A stretch of DNA of 64,000 nt from Clostridiales bacterium (GTDB lineage: Bacteria; Bacillota; Clostridia; Oscillospirales; CAG-272): NCBI GenBank assembly GCA_022791195.1, contig JAAVYP010000004.1:5087-69086 (forward strand), read 5' to 3'. Positions 60,914-64,000 of the stretch are shown here, piece by piece. Under the pieces are notes generated by a model, which made no database searches, had not been told where the DNA came from, and was given only the letters and a program-made list of their open reading frames with translations. Within the stretch, counting starts at the first letter, position 1, and every line of letters begins with the position of its first letter. The position numbers were made by a program, and so were the translations under genes.

Positions 60914-62245
60914 TTACAGATAGTGATATTTCCGGCGCAGGCCGAACAGGAACAGCACGGACACGAACAGCGAGAGCAGCTCGGCCGCAATGATGGAGAG
61001 CCAAATACCATCAATGCCCCATATTAGCGGAAGCAGCAGAACCGCCGCAATCTGAAAAACGAGCGTGCGCAAAAAGGAGATGAGCGCAGACACCAGTCCG
61101 TTGTTGAGCGCTGTGAAAAAGGAGGAGCTGAAAATATTGAAGCCGATGAACAAAAAGGCAATCGAAAAGATCATAAAGCCCCTCGCGGTTAAGCTTAATA
61201 ATTCAGCGTCGTAGCCGACAAACAGCGTGGCAAGCGGCCGGCCGAGCCCTTCAGAGGCCGCAAACATGGCCGCCGAGGTAACAAGGAGGACGAGCAGGCT
61301 CTTTTTTAACAGACTTTTCAGCTCGTCGTGATGGGCCGCGCCGTAATGATAGCCAATAACCGGCGCCGTGCCCACCGAATAACCGATAAACACAGCGCAG
61401 AAGATCATGCTGACATACATCAAAACGCCGTAAGCTGCCACCCCGTTTTCGCCCGCGTATTTCATGAGCTGCATGTTGTAAAGCATGCCGACAAGCGAGC
61501 CGGAAATGCTGCTCATAAATTCAGAAGAGCCGTTGGTGCAGGCTTTCAGGGTTGCTTTGCCGTCAAAGTGTGTTTTGCCCAGCCGCAGGGGACTTTGGTT
61601 TTCTCTGCCGAAATAAAACAGGGGCACCACCCCGCCAATCGTCTGGCTGATGGCCGTGGCCGCCGCAGCGCCGGCCACCCCCCAATGGAAAACGGCCATG
61701 AACAGTCCGTCTAAAAGCATGTTGGTCACACCGCACAAAATGGTTACATACAAGCCAAGCTTGGGCTTTTCGGCCGTGACAAAAAAGCTCTGAAACTCCA
61801 TTTGCAGAATGTACGCAGGCAGAGACAACAGAATAATGCGGCCGTAGGTGACGCAATAGTCTAGCATGTCGTCTTTCGCGCCGATCAAAGACACAATCGG
61901 CCGCAAAAAGATAAAGGCCGCGACGGCAATGAGCACGCCGATGCCAAAAGAAAGATAGACAAACAGCGAAAAAAGACGGTTTGCTTTTTCTTTGTCCCCT
62001 TCGCCCATGGTTTTGGCAATCAGGGCGCTGCCGCCGGTGCCGAACATAAAGCCGACGGCGGCTACAATCATCATGACCGGAATGACGAAGTTGACGGCGG
62101 CAAACGGGGTCTTGCCCACGAAATTGGAGACAAACAAGCCGTCGACAATGCCGTAGATAGAGCTAAACAGCATGGTGATGATCGAAGGCAGGGTAAAGCG
62201 CAGCAGTTTTTTATAGGTAAAGTGATCGGATAATTGAATTGGCAT
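60914..62245 (-). CDS. MATE-family efflux transporter
   Basis: IYGIVDGLFVSNFVG, WGVAGAAAATAISQ, about 12 TM; start MPIQL. Confidence 0.93.
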   Translation of the reverse strand: MPIQLSDHFTYKKLLRFTLPSIITMLFSSIYGIVDGLFVSNFVGKTPFAAVNFVIPVMMIVAAVGFMFGTGGSALIAKTMGEGDKEKANRLFSLFVYLSFGIGVLIAVAAFIFLRPIVSLIGAKDDMLDYCVTYGRIILLSLPAYILQMEFQSFFVTAEKPKLGLYVTILCGVTNMLLDGLFMAVFHWGVAGAAAATAISQTIGGVVPLFYFGRENQSPLRLGKTHFDGKATLKACTNGSSEFMSSISGSLVGMLYNMQLMKYAGENGVAAYGVLMYVSMIFCAVFIGYSVGTAPVIGYHYGAAHHDELKSLLKKSLLVLLVTSAAMFAASEGLGRPLATLFVGYDAELLSLTARGFMIFSIAFLFIGFNIFSSSFFTALNNGLVSALISFLRTLVFQIAAVLLLPLIWGIDGIWLSIIAAELLSLFVSVLFLFGLRRKYHYL

Positions 62246-62279
62246 AGTGCTTCCTTTCTGTAGCAAGGCGGAGGGGGAC

Positions 62280-62726
62280 TTAGCGGCCGGACGGCTGCAT
62301 ATTGTCATGCAAAAGACGAATGTACTGCTGGAACAAGCGGATAAAGGCCGCCTGCTCTTGTTCAGATAATCCGCACAGGGCGGCATATTCGGCCCGGATG
62401 ACCTTGTCGGCGGTTTGGGCCGCCAGTGCCTTGCCCGCGTCGGTCAGCCGGATTCGTTTATTTTTGCGGTCATTGGCATAAAAAAATTCGATGAGCCCCT
62501 CTTTTTCCATTTTTTTGAGGGCCGAGTTGACCGTCTGCTTTGGCTGACACAAAAACCGGCCGATTTCGCTTTGGGTCGACGGGGTTGGTTCGACCCGCAG
62601 GGTATAAAGAATCCACAGGGTGCATTCAGAAAGCCCCGTGTTTTTAGCCGCATGGCGATAAATATCGTCCAGTTCCTTTAAAAGAGAATTATACGCTAAC
62701 AACCGGCCATATGTTTGCTCATTCAT
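62280..62726 (-). CDS. MarR-family transcriptional regulator
   Basis: TQSEI..KQTVNSALKKME..DRKNKRIRLTDAG. Confidence 0.92.
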   Translation of the reverse strand: MNEQTYGRLLAYNSLLKELDDIYRHAAKNTGLSECTLWILYTLRVEPTPSTQSEIGRFLCQPKQTVNSALKKMEKEGLIEFFYANDRKNKRIRLTDAGKALAAQTADKVIRAEYAALCGLSEQEQAAFIRLFQQYIRLLHDNMQPSGR

Positions 62727-62744
62727 GGTAAAGCTCCTCCGCAT

Positions 62745-62795
62745 TGTCCGAAATCGGACAGTTGATATTATAGTCCGAAATCGGACATTTGTCAA
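62745..62795 (-). promoter_or_regulatory. Consensus sigma-A promoter with two MarR-type operators
   Basis: TTGACA-17-TATAAT; GTCCGAAATCGGAC in the spacer (62773) and over +1 (62746). Confidence 0.88.
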
Positions 62796-63028
62796 GAGAA
62801 AATAAAAAAATACCGCCGGCGGTATGGGCCGCCAGCGGCAGATTTATATAATGATAAAAAAGCTTTTTCTGACCTGACAGATGGCAAAAGAGCGCTCAGA
62901 TGAAGGGGCGCTGTGCACAAAAGGCCGTCTGCTTCTCTATCTTATCGCAAGTGAAGCGCACAAAGAGCCGGCAAACACAGCAGCAAGGTTCCCTGCTATT
63001 TGTGTGCAGGGGATCTTGCCGGTTCTGC

Positions 63029-63916
63029 TTACTGCCGTACAAACGGGTCGCCGTTGTGTGCAACGTAACAGCCATTAAAATAAGCGCCTTCGACCGAACC
63101 GATTGTGATGTGATCATAGTCGGTAATCGTAAAAACATACTTGTCGTCCATATAGGGTATACCAGACTCATCGATACCGTCAACCGGGGTGCCTGAAGGA
63201 TCTACCTCTACAAAAATTTTATTGTCTTCAATCATATAGGTTCCTGGCAGCAGGGTACTGCCCCCAATATAATAGACAAGCATTTCACAGGTACCATCAT
63301 CATTGAATGTGATATACGGCAGATATTCGGGGTAATCTTTTAAATTGTTATTGCAGTAGTCAGAAACACAGGTGTATTTTCCGATAATTCGATTTTGATC
63401 ATCGATAGGTTCGGTATCTTTGGCATCGTTATTTTTGATGGTAAACCGATATATATTCGGTTGAATGTTATTCTGTGCAAAGTCTCCAAAGTCATCGTAT
63501 ATGACCGTAACACTGTTTTCGTCAAATTGCAGACGTCCTTTTAGCATGGATGGGCCTTCATAATCGGGCGAAATTCCATCTCCAAATTTCCATTCGCCAT
63601 CCTCCTGTATAGCAATCGCTTCAAAACCAAATAATCTATAAAGCCCTGTTTCAAACTTTATAAACTCCGATGATATTTCATAAATGGTAAGATCATCCGG
63701 TGGGTTTTCATCCGTATACCATTCACCTACATAGCTTTGATCCGGAATGAAAGAGTCTGGCTGAGAAGAATTTGTTGATGTTGTCTCGCCTTCCGTTGAC
63801 TTTTCGCCGCCGACCGAGCTGTTGTTGTCCTTGTCTCTGCTAATGGCATAGACGGCTATGCCGACAGTGGCCAGCACGGCCAGAATGAGGACCGCCGCTA
63901 TGATTTTCTTTTTCAT
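63029..63916 (-). CDS. Hypothetical secreted or membrane-anchored protein, AT-richer than its neighbours
   Basis: RBS GGAGG, N-terminal hydrophobic helix, Ser/Thr linker. Confidence 0.8.
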   Translation of the reverse strand: MKKKIIAAVLILAVLATVGIAVYAISRDKDNNSSVGGEKSTEGETTSTNSSQPDSFIPDQSYVGEWYTDENPPDDLTIYEISSEFIKFETGLYRLFGFEAIAIQEDGEWKFGDGISPDYEGPSMLKGRLQFDENSVTVIYDDFGDFAQNNIQPNIYRFTIKNNDAKDTEPIDDQNRIIGKYTCVSDYCNNNLKDYPEYLPYITFNDDGTCEMLVYYIGGSTLLPGTYMIEDNKIFVEVDPSGTPVDGIDESGIPYMDDKYVFTITDYDHITIGSVEGAYFNGCYVAHNGDPFVRQ

Positions 63917-64000
63917 CTTAACCTCCATTGTTAAAAGTTAATTTATCGAACTCCTCATAATAAGAAATGCTCTGCTTTTGGAAAAATAGCAGATTTACAT

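Overview
Chromosomal origin region of a Clostridia-class firmicute (Oscillospiraceae/Ruminococcaceae-like, inferred from gene content). oriC lies between dnaA and dnaN (~35.4-35.7 kb), with DnaA-trios and degenerate DnaA boxes. Leftwards on the minus strand run dnaA-dnaN-recF-remB-gyrB-gyrA-recA-recX-rimO-pgsA-LCP, noc-parS-parA-parB-serS, cell-envelope genes (MORN protein, GT4-CsaB fusion, PrsA-like foldase), a GHMP sugar kinase, rlmH, mnmG-rsmG, proBAC and a truncated SLH protein. Rightwards on the plus strand run rpmH-rnpA-yidD-yidC-jag and an SbcD/HAD/SbcC(YhaN)-like operon. An accessory stretch follows: an orphan phage-like XRE switch, three lipoproteins, an MBOAT/DHHW O-acylation cluster, apt and marR-MATE. 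The most unusual signals are non-coding. (1) A dispersed family of ~111-bp-period hairpin arrays: a constant 23-bp palindrome plus a 9-bp stem enclosing a 43-44-nt insert whose sequence varies but whose two-hairpin geometry is fixed. Three of the five loci start right at a sigma-A -10 box. (2) A ~950-bp nested inverted repeat whose centre holds a near-consensus promoter and a structured ncRNA candidate. No tRNA, rRNA, cas gene, transposase or integrase was seen. All calls come from reading the sequence; no database searches were run.
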